Origin: a phage
Length of the DNA stretch: 50,709 bases
Strand: one strand, 5' to 3'
Sequence record: NC_105617.1
The first letter of the stretch is position 1; each line of letters begins with the position of its first letter. The position numbers and the translations under genes were made by a program. The notes under the pieces were generated by a model. That model saw only the letters and a list, made by a program, of their open reading frames with translations. It was not told the origin of the DNA and searched no databases. Shown piece after piece: positions 9,696-20,129 of the stretch.

Positions 9696-10364
9696 ATGCA
9701 CTTACCAAATGGCGCGCAAATTTTCGTGGAAACCTCTCGCGGAGAAGAGATCGAGGCGACCGCTGTCACTAACGCAAAAAATCCTGTTGCTACAGTTGCA
9801 TCTAAGGGCGACTTGGCAAAAGGTGATTACGTTATTGTAACTCAGTCAACTTGGGCTAAGATGGTTAGTCGAGTACTTATTGTTACCGATGCTCAGGAAA
9901 CAAGCATTACTCTTGCTGGAATTGACACTACTGATACTCTTGTTTTCCCGGCTGGCGGTACGATGAGCTTTGCAAAAGTTACTGGCTGGACTGAGATTCC
10001 TTGCGTACAGGAGATTGGTCAGGACGGCGGTGAGCAGCAGTACTACACTTATCAGTGTTTGTCCGACGATAAAGAGCAGCAGATCCCGACGTTTAAATCT
10101 GCAATCTCGCTAACTTACACCTTCGCGCACGAATTTGATAACCCGATCTACCCTATTCTGCGTAAGCTGGATTCTTCTGGTCAGGTAACTTCGGTTCGTA
10201 TGTATGTTCCAAAAGCGAACGAGATGCGCATGTGGGCTGGCATCTTGTCTTTTAACGACATTCCGTCTACGCAAGTAAACGAAATGGAAACGGTACAACT
10301 AGCCGTATCCCTGAAGGGTGATTTCACTTTCGTTTCATCCTCTCTGGCATCACCTGGTGCCTAA
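9696..10364 (+). CDS. Major tail protein (putative)
   Basis: 222 aa, followed by GC hairpin; located just upstream of chaperone/tape-measure genes. Confidence 0.5.
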   Translation: MHLPNGAQIFVETSRGEEIEATAVTNAKNPVATVASKGDLAKGDYVIVTQSTWAKMVSRVLIVTDAQETSITLAGIDTTDTLVFPAGGTMSFAKVTGWTEIPCVQEIGQDGGEQQYYTYQCLSDDKEQQIPTFKSAISLTYTFAHEFDNPIYPILRKLDSSGQVTSVRMYVPKANEMRMWAGILSFNDIPSTQVNEMETVQLAVSLKGDFTFVSSSLASPGA

Positions 10365-10376
10365 ATCATATCCACA

Positions 10377-10400
10377 GGGGGCTTGCGCCCCCTTATTCAT
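10377..10400 (+). terminator. Terminator-like hairpin after putative major tail gene
   Basis: gggggc-ttgc-gccccc followed by T-rich tract. Confidence 0.35.
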
Positions 10401-10438
10401 TTCTGTAAAATCATCGTATCAACTTTTCACTATTCTCT

Positions 10439-10470
10439 TTTAACAAAAAGTGCTATTAACCAATCAGGAG
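10439..10470 (+). promoter_or_regulatory. Reverse-oriented TAGCAC box plus CCAATCAGGAG leader upstream of tail chaperone gene
   Basis: tttaacaaaaagtgctattaaccaatcaggag. Confidence 0.4.
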
Positions 10471-10477
10471 AAATATC

Positions 10478-10795
10478 ATGGCTAAATTTAATTTCGTTCT
10501 TGGTCAACTTCCAGACTTCAAACTTCCAGTCACCTTCACCATGCCTAACGGTGAAGATGCAACGATCATTTTCACTGTACGCCACCTTTCCAGTAAAGAA
10601 GTTCAGGATATGTATGCCAACCAGGGAGAAATGAACGATAGCGAGTTCATTACCAAGATCGCGTCAGGATGGAACCTTGAAGAAGAATTTAACGAAGAAA
10701 ATGCGCGAAAACTGGTTCAGTATTATCCTTCAGCAGCGTACAACCTGACAGCGACTTACATCAAGGCTCTCGCCGGACACCGCGCAAAAAACTAA
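10478..10795 (+). CDS. Tail assembly chaperone (G-like)
   Basis: 105 aa directly upstream of tape measure; ends in slippery heptamer A_AAA_AAC. Confidence 0.55.
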   Translation: MAKFNFVLGQLPDFKLPVTFTMPNGEDATIIFTVRHLSSKEVQDMYANQGEMNDSEFITKIASGWNLEEEFNEENARKLVQYYPSAAYNLTATYIKALAGHRAKN

Positions 10796-11112
10796 AAAGG
10801 GCGGTCTATCTGTTATATCAGAAGCCGCCAACAGAGGAACAATTGCGATCGGTTGGCTTAAGTCTTTCCGACTATGAAGACGAGGAGCCTGAAACGATAA
10901 TTGGCGACGCTGAAATGGTGAAGGCTTGGAATGTTTTTACATCAATGCTCACTCAGTGGAGAAGTTCAGGCGCTGGCGCTTACGGTCTTGATTATAATGT
11001 TTTGCCTATGTTGTTTAAAATCTATAAAATAGAAGATGAAGAACTGGCATTGCAGGACGTTAGGATCATGGAAGCGAAAGCGCTTGAAATGATTGCTAAG
11101 CAGAATAACTAA
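10478..11112 (+). CDS. Tail assembly chaperone, -1 frameshift fusion (GT-like)
   Basis: The -1 frame is open from the slippery site at 10786-10792 to 11112 with no stop; classic G/GT arrangement before the tape measure gene. Confidence 0.45.
10786..10792 (+). other. Candidate -1 programmed ribosomal frameshift slippery heptamer
   Basis: A_AAA_AAC in the zero frame of the chaperone gene, 1 codon before its stop; -1 frame open to 11112. Confidence 0.45.
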
Positions 11113-11113
11113 G

Positions 11114-11134
11114 CCGCCGTTTGGCGGTTTTTTT
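11114..11134 (+). terminator. Intrinsic terminator before tape measure gene
   Basis: ccgcc-gttt-ggcgg hairpin plus T7. Confidence 0.55.
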
Positions 11135-11151
11135 GTATATAAGGGGGTTAT

Positions 11152-14025
11152 ATGGTTGATAAGGTAGCAGGTCTATCGCTTGACGTTGATGTGTCGACAG
11201 TACAGCGCGCCGTCAAGTCATTGAAAGAGTTTTCAAAAGCTAACGACCAAGCCGCTGACTCTATGGGGTCTTTAATCAATGAGGCCGAGGTTGCAAAACA
11301 GAAGGCTAAAGAACACGCTGAGCAACTTAAGCGCCAGCGCAAAGAGTACGAGGCTGTAGAAAAGGCAATCGATCCTACAGTATCAAAAATGGAAAGGCTG
11401 AAGATTGCATCTCAGCAGCTTGATAAACTCTGGCAAAAGGGCATTGTTCCAGATGAAACATTTTTCCGTTTGGGTGAAATGCTGGACATGCAAAATGCAA
11501 AACTTGCTCGCAGCCGGGCCATGCTTACTGAAGAGGGGCAGGCAGCATTGCAGGAAGCGAAAGCAAAAGAGCAGGCAGCAGCGAAAAACAAAGCGTTCAT
11601 GGATTCCCTTAACAGTCAGGTTAACGCTATTGGCAAAACTCACGCAGAGTTAATGGAACTGAAAGCGGCTCAGCTTGGGCTATCAAATGAAGCAGCGCCA
11701 CTGATCGCAAAACTGAAAGAGCAGGGTCGAGCCATGAATGCCGCAGGTATTAGCGCGGGGCAATATAGGCAGGCAATGCGAATGCTTCCTGCACAGATTA
11801 CCGACGTCGTTACATCTCTTGCGTCCGGTATGCCAGTTTGGATGGTTGCCATCCAGCAAGGCGGTCAAATTAAGGACTCGTTCGGAGGGATCGGGAATAC
11901 GTTTAAGGTATTGCTCAGCTATATTAATCCGGTCACAGTTGGCGTTGGTGTTCTTGTCGGCTCTTTAGGACTTCTTGCGAAAGCTGGTTATGACTCTTAC
12001 AAGTCAATAACTGATATGCAGAAGGCTCTTGTTGAGACTGGAGGTTACGCAGGAGTCACGGCTGAAGAACTTGATTCTGTTGCTAAAAAGGTGGCTCAGA
12101 CGAGCAACTCAACAATTTCAAGCATTCGTGAGATTGTTACTGAACTTGCCAGTACGGGGAAGTATACGCGAGAGCAGATTCAGAACATCACAAAGGCTAC
12201 CGCTGAGTGGTCGACAGCAACCGGAAAATCAGCAAGTAAAATCATCGCTGAGTTCGATAAAATCGCAAGCGATCCTGTAAAGGGTCTGGCTAAACTTAAC
12301 GAGCAATACAACTTTTTAGAAAAAGGTCAACTGACATATATCGATACGCTAAGCCGTACTAAGGGTGAAACGGAGGCAGTGTCTGAAGCAACAAAATTAT
12401 TCGCCGAAGTTATGGAGAAGCGAATGAAGTCGATCGCAGACAATGCCACTCCTCTTGAAAAAATGTGGAACGATATTAAGCAGTGGGCCTCTGATGCGTG
12501 GGGGTGGGTTGGGGATCATACTCTCGGAGCATTAAACCTGATTATTGACGTAGTTCAGGGTACGGTAATTCAGGTAAAAATGATTCTGGCGAAGGGCGAT
12601 GAGTACATATCAAACTTTATAGCCTCTGCAATTAAGGCTACGCAGTCTCTGCCTGGAATGAGTGATTTCGGCGCTGATGTACTAAAGGAACAGGAGAATA
12701 TTGTAAAAAGTTCTCGTGACAACTACGATCAGTTAGCTTCAGAGCTTGATGCCATCAACGCCCGTGTTGAAAAAGGTGAGATGGGATACATTGAAGCAAT
12801 GAAGCAGCGCCGTACTCTTGAAAAGCAGTATAGCCAGGAAACTAAGGACGCTATCAAGGAAGAAGCTGAAGAGATCGAAAAGCGAAACCGTGAACGAAAT
12901 AAGCAGTCGAAAATTTTACGCTCACCTACAGAGCAATTCGATAAGGAGTTAATTTCACTCAAAGCACAGCTTAAGGTTTTGCAGGAGCACAAGGAGATAG
13001 GGCAAAAACTATCAGCACAGAGAAAGGCGCTGTTTACGACTGAGGCTACAATTGCCGTTCTTAGAGAAGCTAGTTCTAAGCGTCAGTTATCTGCGGAAGA
13101 AAAAGCACTACTTGCAAACCAGGAGAAAGTTTTAGAGCTTGCGAAACAAAAGGCCGAGATTGGCGATCAGATTGTTAAGCAGCAGCAGTTGAACGCTCTT
13201 ACTGATAAATCACTGAAGTTTGTCAATGATTTGACGGCAGCTACAGAGCAGCTAAACGCGTCTCGCGGGATGAGCACCCGAGAAATGGAGCGACAAGCGG
13301 AGTTGGCTAAGATCACCACTGACTATATTAATGCGGGTGGCAGCGAAGGGGATGAAAAACTCCAGAACATGATCAAGGCGCAAAATGATTACTATGCTGC
13401 GGAAGATGCCAAGCGTGCTGACTGGTTGGCAGGTGCTGAAAGCGCATTTGCAGATTACGGCGATTCCGCAATGGATATGTATGGTAACGTATATGATATA
13501 GCGTCAAGTTCACTTAACGGAATGAGTGATATGATGACCCAATTCCTGACTACAGGTAAGGCAAACTTTGAGGACTTTGCGAAAAACATCATTAGCATGA
13601 TTATAAAGATGATTGCTCAGATGGTAATCTTCAATACGATCTCAGGCATGATGGGCGGTAAGACGTGGAGCTTTGCTGGAGTGGCGTCGTCTGGTGCTTC
13701 TGCGGCATCACAGGCAACCCCTACGCCTGCCGCCTCCGGTTTTAGGTCTTTATCATCGGGCGTTGCTGTTACCTCGCTTGCTGCCGCAGCTGGTAGTGTG
13801 GCAACATCTGGATTTAACGCATCTAAAGCAGCGCCGAAGGCAGTAAACCAATCAGCAGGTGGGACGGTCGTTGACGTTAGGGGCATGGAGGTTAAAGTTG
13901 ACAATGGTTCAGATCCGAGAGGAATTTCTCAGGGCGTAGAGATGATGTTCAAAAAAATGATTCGCGAATCTTGTTCTCAGGGCGGTGAGGTTTACAATTA
14001 CATTCAGGAAAAAACAGGAGGCTAA
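11152..14025 (+). CDS. Tail tape measure protein
   Basis: 957 aa, long coiled-coil regions, Gly/Ala/Ser-rich C-terminal part; position between chaperones and M/L/K/I/J-like genes. Confidence 0.9.
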   Translation: MVDKVAGLSLDVDVSTVQRAVKSLKEFSKANDQAADSMGSLINEAEVAKQKAKEHAEQLKRQRKEYEAVEKAIDPTVSKMERLKIASQQLDKLWQKGIVPDETFFRLGEMLDMQNAKLARSRAMLTEEGQAALQEAKAKEQAAAKNKAFMDSLNSQVNAIGKTHAELMELKAAQLGLSNEAAPLIAKLKEQGRAMNAAGISAGQYRQAMRMLPAQITDVVTSLASGMPVWMVAIQQGGQIKDSFGGIGNTFKVLLSYINPVTVGVGVLVGSLGLLAKAGYDSYKSITDMQKALVETGGYAGVTAEELDSVAKKVAQTSNSTISSIREIVTELASTGKYTREQIQNITKATAEWSTATGKSASKIIAEFDKIASDPVKGLAKLNEQYNFLEKGQLTYIDTLSRTKGETEAVSEATKLFAEVMEKRMKSIADNATPLEKMWNDIKQWASDAWGWVGDHTLGALNLIIDVVQGTVIQVKMILAKGDEYISNFIASAIKATQSLPGMSDFGADVLKEQENIVKSSRDNYDQLASELDAINARVEKGEMGYIEAMKQRRTLEKQYSQETKDAIKEEAEEIEKRNRERNKQSKILRSPTEQFDKELISLKAQLKVLQEHKEIGQKLSAQRKALFTTEATIAVLREASSKRQLSAEEKALLANQEKVLELAKQKAEIGDQIVKQQQLNALTDKSLKFVNDLTAATEQLNASRGMSTREMERQAELAKITTDYINAGGSEGDEKLQNMIKAQNDYYAAEDAKRADWLAGAESAFADYGDSAMDMYGNVYDIASSSLNGMSDMMTQFLTTGKANFEDFAKNIISMIIKMIAQMVIFNTISGMMGGKTWSFAGVASSGASAASQATPTPAASGFRSLSSGVAVTSLAAAAGSVATSGFNASKAAPKAVNQSAGGTVVDVRGMEVKVDNGSDPRGISQGVEMMFKKMIRESCSQGGEVYNYIQEKTGG

Positions 14026-14027
14026 TA

Positions 14028-14381
14028 ATGGCGGCACTTGATACTTTTAGTTGGTGTACGCAGGTTCAAGGGGGCGGCGGCTCCCTTACCACTACCAACA
14101 ATGACAGATCCATACAGTTTGGCAACGGCTACATGCAGCTTGCATCTTCTGGATTTAACACCACGAGACGCGAGTATTCGGTTGTCTACGCTGGTGATGA
14201 TTTCATGGCTGTTTACAACTTCTGTGATTCTCATCGAATTAAACCTTTCGCATGGACACCTCCAGACGGGAAGATCGGGGTATGGGTAGTTAAGCCAAAT
14301 AGTTTGGGAGCGAAACCTGTATCACGGGACGTGATGGAAATTAACGTAACGTTTATGGAGCAGTTTACATCTATGCAATAG
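14028..14381 (+). CDS. Minor tail protein (lambda M-like)
   Basis: 117 aa immediately after tape measure; size and position match lambda gpM. Confidence 0.55.
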   Translation: MAALDTFSWCTQVQGGGGSLTTTNNDRSIQFGNGYMQLASSGFNTTRREYSVVYAGDDFMAVYNFCDSHRIKPFAWTPPDGKIGVWVVKPNSLGAKPVSRDVMEINVTFMEQFTSMQ

Positions 14382-14397
14382 CACTTAGTGACAAAAG

Positions 14398-14419
14398 CCC
14401 GCCTTGCGCGGGTTTTTTT
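14398..14419 (+). terminator. Intrinsic terminator (copy 1 of identical element)
   Basis: cccgccttgcgcggg + T7; preceded by TAGCAC box overlapping upstream stop; followed by TAGAAT. Confidence 0.6.
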
Positions 14420-14460
14420 GTAGCTGTAGAATGGTTGCAACTAAACAAGAGGAAAAGAAA

Positions 14461-15243
14461 ATGAGCGGAAACAAAAAACTTTATGATGAAGAAAGCGGAA
14501 AGAGCCTGTTTCATAACTGCCTTCAGTCACTGTATCCAGGGGAGATAATCACCCTTATTGAAGTTGATGGTAGCAAGTTCGGCGCTCAGGTTTATCGATT
14601 CCACGGAGAGAACATCCAGTACACTCCAGAGGAAATCATGCAGGCCCAGCAAACTGGAACGCTGCCGCCGAAAGAAATTACATTCCGTGGCGAGCAATAC
14701 GGAGCGCGACCGTTCGGTATATCCGGGATCTCGTTCGACAGTTCCGGTAAGGCCACAAAACCACAGTTGACGGTGGCGAACATTGATAGCCGAGTATCTG
14801 CAATGATTCGATCATATAACGGATTGATGCAAGCTAAGGTGACAATCTGGATCACTCAAAAGGACTTAATTCAACCTGACGGCTCAATAGCTGACGGCGC
14901 TTACCGCAAACTGGTATACTATATCGAACGCCCGAGCTATGTCGATAAGAGCGTCGCCCGATTCGATCTCACGTCGCCGTATGATATGGATGGCATCATG
15001 ATCCCGTCTCGACTAACGCAAAGCGTTTGCTATTGGGCGCAGCGGGGATGGTATAAAACCGGGAAAGGCTGCGGATACAACGGGCAAAACGGTTATTTTG
15101 ACAAAGACAACAACAAGGTAGGCGATCCATCCCTAGACTTCTGCCCTGGAACGGTAACTGCGTGCCGACTTAGATTTGGTGCAAATAATGAATTGGATTT
15201 TGGCGGTTGTGCTGTCGCTTCACTACAGAGGAAAAATCAATGA
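14461..15243 (+). CDS. Minor tail protein (lambda L-like)
   Basis: Start at ATG 14461 with RBS GAGGAAAAG; Cys-rich C-terminal region as in gpL-type proteins. Confidence 0.6.
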   Translation: MSGNKKLYDEESGKSLFHNCLQSLYPGEIITLIEVDGSKFGAQVYRFHGENIQYTPEEIMQAQQTGTLPPKEITFRGEQYGARPFGISGISFDSSGKATKPQLTVANIDSRVSAMIRSYNGLMQAKVTIWITQKDLIQPDGSIADGAYRKLVYYIERPSYVDKSVARFDLTSPYDMDGIMIPSRLTQSVCYWAQRGWYKTGKGCGYNGQNGYFDKDNNKVGDPSLDFCPGTVTACRLRFGANNELDFGGCAVASLQRKNQ

Positions 15244-15974
15244 TTAATGCAAAAATTAAACTTGAAATCATGACTCACGCTCAAGAAGAATACCCCCGAG
15301 AATGCTGCGGGGTAGTTACCCAAAAAGGACGCGTGCAAAAATACCATCGCATTGATAACGTGCATCGCGATCCTGAGAATCATTTCATGATGGACGCAGT
15401 GCAATACGCATGTATTGAGGATGACGCAGACTCAACCACGATTGCGATCGTTCACAGCCACACAGGAGACGGGGCTACAACTCTTCCCAGTGCGCACGAC
15501 ACATGCATGTGCAACGAGATGGAAGTTACCTGGATTATTGTTAGCGTACCGGAAGGAGATATGCGATTTGTTAAGCCTGAGAAATTACCTCTGATTGGTC
15601 GACCGTGGTCGTTAGGCTCATTTGACTGTTACGGTCTAGTAATGGCGTGGCACAAAGAGCACGGCGTAGAGTTACGCGATCGCCGATTGAATTTTGAATG
15701 GTGGAAACCTGAGTACGGAATTAATCTCTATCAGGATTATTACAAGCAAGATGGATTCGTTGAGATTCCAGATCAGAATAACCCATCATTCGGGGATATG
15801 GTAATCATGCAGATAGGGCAAAATGTTCCGGTATGGAACCACGCAGGGATTTACCTTGGTGATAATCAGATCTTGCATCACGCCTTTGGCAAACTTTCGA
15901 GACGTGATATCTATTCCGGCTGGTATCAGGATCATACTGTTTTAATTGTTCGCCATAAGGATCTTAAATTATGA
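15240..15974 (+). CDS. Tail assembly protein (lambda K-like, JAMM/MPN + NlpC/P60)
   Basis: JAMM-type motif HSHTGDGATTLPSAHD (H-x-H-x7-S-x2-D); ATGA overlap with upstream gene. Confidence 0.65.
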   Translation: MINAKIKLEIMTHAQEEYPRECCGVVTQKGRVQKYHRIDNVHRDPENHFMMDAVQYACIEDDADSTTIAIVHSHTGDGATTLPSAHDTCMCNEMEVTWIIVSVPEGDMRFVKPEKLPLIGRPWSLGSFDCYGLVMAWHKEHGVELRDRRLNFEWWKPEYGINLYQDYYKQDGFVEIPDQNNPSFGDMVIMQIGQNVPVWNHAGIYLGDNQILHHAFGKLSRRDIYSGWYQDHTVLIVRHKDLKL

Positions 15975-16570
15975 ATGATGTAAAAGTAATCAAATTATCC
16001 GGTTCACTTGGAAGGCGCTTCGGCGTCTTCCACCGATTCGCTGTTGACTCTTACCCGGAAGCTATCCGGGCGCTATCCAGTCAGGTGGATGGGTTCAAAG
16101 AATATATGCAAAGTGAGGTCGGCTCGCGTAGCAAGTTTGCAATATTTGTGGACGGCGTTAACGTAGGCCACCATGAAGAGGAAAAATTCAAGTGTGCTAA
16201 AGAGATAAGAATCGTCCCGATCCCGACTGGCTCTAAGTCTGGAGGTCTATTCCAGGTAGTATTGGGCGCGGCAATAATGGTTGCCGCATTCTATACTGGC
16301 GGCGCATCTCTGGCGTTAATGGGTACAATGTCATCATCTCTGTTTATGATGGGCGGCGCTATGGTGCTGGGAGGTGTAATGCAGATGATTTCACCGCAGC
16401 CGGGTGGCGCAAATTTTGAGGTTCAGTCCAGTAAAAACAAGCCTTCGTACGCATTCGGCGGTGCTGTCAATACGACGGCAGCGGGATACCCCCTTCCGGT
16501 CCCGTATGGATATCGTGCTGGAGGTGGCGCAACATTCTCGGCAGGTTCTTACGCTGAGGATATGAGTTAA
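15971..16570 (+). CDS. Tail assembly protein (lambda I-like)
   Basis: 199 aa, hydrophobic/Gly-rich C-terminal half; ATGA overlap; precedes the J-like gene. Confidence 0.55.
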   Translation: MNDVKVIKLSGSLGRRFGVFHRFAVDSYPEAIRALSSQVDGFKEYMQSEVGSRSKFAIFVDGVNVGHHEEEKFKCAKEIRIVPIPTGSKSGGLFQVVLGAAIMVAAFYTGGASLALMGTMSSSLFMMGGAMVLGGVMQMISPQPGGANFEVQSSKNKPSYAFGGAVNTTAAGYPLPVPYGYRAGGGATFSAGSYAEDMS

Positions 16571-16576
16571 AACCAA

Positions 16577-16611
16577 CCCGCCTTGCGCGGGTTTTTTTTC
16601 GCCTGTATAAT
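16577..16611 (+). terminator. Intrinsic terminator (copy 2, identical 22 nt) with downstream TATAAT
   Basis: cccgccttgcgcggg + T8 then gcctgTATAATgg. Confidence 0.6.
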
Positions 16612-16647
16612 GGGTTAACCGATAAACAGCACAAAAAGGTAAACATC

Positions 16648-19600
16648 ATGATTCAAAAAGTGATAAGTGGTTCGAAAGGCGGCTCTCCTAAGCCTCACAA
16701 TCCAGTTGAAATGGAAGATAACCTGATCTCAATCAACAAAATAAAGATTCTTCTGGCAGTATCTGATGGCGAGATTGACGAAACATTCAACCTCAAGCAG
16801 CTGATGTTTAACTCAGTCCCGGTGCAAAACGAGGATGGCTCTTTCAACTTTGAAGGCGTAACGGCAGAGTTCAGGTCGGGCACGCAGACTCAGGAATACA
16901 TCAAAGGTATGGAGGATAGCTCCAGCGAGGTAACTGTAAACCGTGAGATTACTACCGATAATCCATACACGATCTCAGTAACCAACAAGACGCTGTCGGC
17001 AATCCGTATCAAAATGTTCATGCCTCGCGGCGTACGCATTGAAAGTAACGGCGATAAGAACGGCGTTCGCGTTGAGTACGAAGTGCAGCAAGCGGTTGAT
17101 AGTGGTTCGTTTGAGACTGTTCTCACTGACGTAATCGAAGGCAAAACAATGTCAGGTTACGACCGAAGTCGTCGAATAAACTTACCAAACTTCAACAACC
17201 AGGTGATATTCAGGATTGTTAGAAAGACTCCAGACTCTGATAACTCAAACGTTGTCGATGCAATTCAGGTAAAAAGCTATGCTGAGGTTATCGATGCCAA
17301 GTTCCGTTATCCCCTGACTGGTCTTCTTTTTGTCGAGTTTGATTCGAAAATGTTCCCAAACCAACTACCTACGATCTCAATTCGTAAGCGCTGGAAGATT
17401 ATTAACGTTCCATCGAATTACGACCCTGAATCGCGAACATACAACGGAAATTGGGATGGTACTTTCAAGAAGGCGTGGACTAACAATCCGGCATGGGTTC
17501 TATACGACCTGATGATTAATCAGCGTTATGGACTGGATCAGAAAGAGCTTGGAATCTCCGTAGATAAATGGGCGCTATATGAGGCCGCGCAATATTGCGA
17601 TCAGATGGTTCCAGATGGAAAGGGTGGAACTGAGCCTCGCTACCTTTGCGACGTGATAATTCAGTCACAAACTGATGCATACAAAGTGATTCGAGATATT
17701 TGCTCAATATTCCGAGGTATGAGCTTTTGGAATGGTGAAAGCATTTCTGTAATCATCGACAGACCGCGTGAGCCTGCGTACATCTTCACTAACGACAACG
17801 TTGTTAATGGTGACTTCTCATACACGTTCGCAAGCGAAAAGAGCATGTACACGACGTGTAACGTGATGTTTGATGATGAACAAAACATGTATCAGCAGGA
17901 CGTTGAGCCAGTATTCGATCGAGAGGCCACTCTACGGTTCGGTAACAATGTAACCAGCATTACAGCGATCGGATGTACCAGACGCAGCGAGGCTAACCGA
18001 CGCGGGAGATGGATTCTGAAAACTAACCTCCGCAGCACTACGGTAAACTTCGCTACCGGGCTTGAGGGTATGATCCCGACCATCGGTGATGTGGTGGCGA
18101 TAGCTGACAACTTCTGGTCAAGTAACTTGACTATGAACCTGTCAGGAAGATTGCTCGAAGTGTCTGGACGTCAGATTTTCTTGCCGTTCCGAGTGGATGC
18201 GCGCGCAGGTGACTTTATTATCGTAAATAAGCCAGATGGAAAGCCCGTGAAGCGCACAATCTCAAGCGTTAGTGCAGATGGCAAGACCATAGAGATTAAC
18301 ATCGGCTTTGGCTTTCCTGTTAAGCCTAACACTGTATTCGCAATCGACCGCACTGACCTGGCATTGCAGCAGTACGTCGTGACAAAAATCGACAAGGGTG
18401 ATGACGATGAGGAATTTACCTACAAGATTACTGCGGTGGAGTACGATCCTAACAAGTACGACGAGATTGATTACGGCGTAAACATCGATGACAGACCGAC
18501 GAGCATTGTTGAGCCAGACCAGATTCCTAGACCGGAAAACGTGAAAGTATCCTCAGAGTCTAGAATCGTGCAGGGAATGAGCGTAGAAACGATGATTGTT
18601 AGCTGGGACAAAGTGCCGTACGCAGTTTTCTATGACGTCCAGTGGAGAAAGGATAATGGAAACTGGCAGAACGTCCCGCAGACGGCAAACAAGGAGGTTT
18701 ATGTTGAAGGGATTTACGCTGGAAACTATCAGGTTCGCGTGCGATCAGTAGCTGGTTCCGGAACGACTTCGGGATGGTCAAATATCGTCGCAGCGACGCT
18801 GACAGGTAAGCAGGGTGAGCCTGGTCGACCGATTAACCTTACAGCTACGGATGACGTTGTTTTTGGTATCCGTACAAAGTGGGGGTTCTCTGATGGTTCT
18901 GGAGATACGGCCTATACAGAATTGCAACAGTCACCGGATGGAACGGTTGATAACGCAAGTTTGCTATCTCTTATTCCATACCCGCAGCATGAGTATTATC
19001 ACTCACCGATGCCTGGAGGGAATATTGTGTGGTATCGGGTAAGGACGGTTGACAGGATCGGTAACGTATCTCAGTGGACTGATTTTGTCAGAGGCATGGC
19101 ATCAACAAACGTTGACGATATCATCGGAGAGATTTCTGTCGATATCGAAAACTCGCCGGGTTACGAGTGGCTTGTTGATAACGCAACAGACAACGCGGCG
19201 CAGAACGCAGCTAACGCAGAGGCGGCAATAGAAAACGCGCTCGCCAATGACAAAGATGCGATCTACATGAAGAAGGAGAACGGAAAACGAAAAGCTGAGT
19301 ACACGAAATCACTTAAACTTATTGCTGATGAGACGCAGGCGCGAGTGACGTCGATCGAGCAGTTGAAGGCAAGTTTTGACGATCAGATTAGCGCAAGCAA
19401 TAGCGAGTTGCGTGAAGTTATAGCAACCGAGACTGGAGCGATATCGCGTGAAATTGACCAACTCAAGGCTCAGATTGGTGACGATATTCAGGCGAGCTTG
19501 ACAGATATCAGAGAGGCTATCGCAAACGAGACTGAGGCCAGAACTCAGGCCGACTTAACGTTAAACGCGAGGCTTGGAAATAACGAGGCGGCACTTGCTC

Positions 19601-20100
19601 AAAAACTTGACTCTTGGAGTAATGCGAGTTCTACCGGGGCGATGTACGGCGTTAAGCTGGGGCTGAAATACAACGGGCAGGAATACAGCGCAGGAATGGC
19701 TATGTCCCTGATTGGTTCCGGCGCGGCTGTTAAGGCTCAGATTCTTTTTGAGGCGTCACGATTTGCAATCATGACCGGGATGAATGGAAAGACACAATAC
19801 CCGTTTGTTGTTGAGAATGGTCAGGTTATTTTAAGTAGCGCGATCATTAAAAACGGATTCATCACTAATGCTATGATTGGAAACGTTATTCAATCGAATA
19901 ACTTCTCTTCAGGTAGTGCTGGATGGATGGTTAACAAGAATGGATCGGCTGAGTTTAATGCGGTTACTGTCAGAGGCAAACTTTACGCAAGTAACGGTGA
20001 GTTTGCATTCAACGGAACGGGTAATACCGTTCAGATTAACAATAACGGCATCACGGTAAACTTACCTGGTGGCGGGAAAGTTGTAGTGGGGAGGTGGTAA
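16648..20100 (+). CDS. Tail tip / host specificity protein (lambda J-like)
   Basis: 1150 aa, last gene of the tail operon, fibronectin-III-like segment (WSNIVAATLTG), coiled-coil region, followed by terminator. Confidence 0.85.
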   Translation: MIQKVISGSKGGSPKPHNPVEMEDNLISINKIKILLAVSDGEIDETFNLKQLMFNSVPVQNEDGSFNFEGVTAEFRSGTQTQEYIKGMEDSSSEVTVNREITTDNPYTISVTNKTLSAIRIKMFMPRGVRIESNGDKNGVRVEYEVQQAVDSGSFETVLTDVIEGKTMSGYDRSRRINLPNFNNQVIFRIVRKTPDSDNSNVVDAIQVKSYAEVIDAKFRYPLTGLLFVEFDSKMFPNQLPTISIRKRWKIINVPSNYDPESRTYNGNWDGTFKKAWTNNPAWVLYDLMINQRYGLDQKELGISVDKWALYEAAQYCDQMVPDGKGGTEPRYLCDVIIQSQTDAYKVIRDICSIFRGMSFWNGESISVIIDRPREPAYIFTNDNVVNGDFSYTFASEKSMYTTCNVMFDDEQNMYQQDVEPVFDREATLRFGNNVTSITAIGCTRRSEANRRGRWILKTNLRSTTVNFATGLEGMIPTIGDVVAIADNFWSSNLTMNLSGRLLEVSGRQIFLPFRVDARAGDFIIVNKPDGKPVKRTISSVSADGKTIEINIGFGFPVKPNTVFAIDRTDLALQQYVVTKIDKGDDDEEFTYKITAVEYDPNKYDEIDYGVNIDDRPTSIVEPDQIPRPENVKVSSESRIVQGMSVETMIVSWDKVPYAVFYDVQWRKDNGNWQNVPQTANKEVYVEGIYAGNYQVRVRSVAGSGTTSGWSNIVAATLTGKQGEPGRPINLTATDDVVFGIRTKWGFSDGSGDTAYTELQQSPDGTVDNASLLSLIPYPQHEYYHSPMPGGNIVWYRVRTVDRIGNVSQWTDFVRGMASTNVDDIIGEISVDIENSPGYEWLVDNATDNAAQNAANAEAAIENALANDKDAIYMKKENGKRKAEYTKSLKLIADETQARVTSIEQLKASFDDQISASNSELREVIATETGAISREIDQLKAQIGDDIQASLTDIREAIANETEARTQADLTLNARLGNNEAALAQKLDSWSNASSTGAMYGVKLGLKYNGQEYSAGMAMSLIGSGAAVKAQILFEASRFAIMTGMNGKTQYPFVVENGQVILSSAIIKNGFITNAMIGNVIQSNNFSSGSAGWMVNKNGSAEFNAVTVRGKLYASNGEFAFNGTGNTVQINNNGITVNLPGGGKVVVGRW

Positions 20101-20107
20101 AATATAA

Positions 20108-20129
20108 GGGGCCGAGTGGCCCCTTTTTT
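20108..20129 (+). terminator. Intrinsic terminator after J-like gene
   Basis: ggggcc-gagt-ggcccc plus T6. Confidence 0.6.

Noticed and set aside
11383-11868. Short ORFs nested inside the tape measure gene on both strands (similar cases inside terL, J-like gene, fiber)
   Set aside because: Fully contained within long, well-supported genes, lack RBSs and have low-complexity translations; likely chance ORFs.
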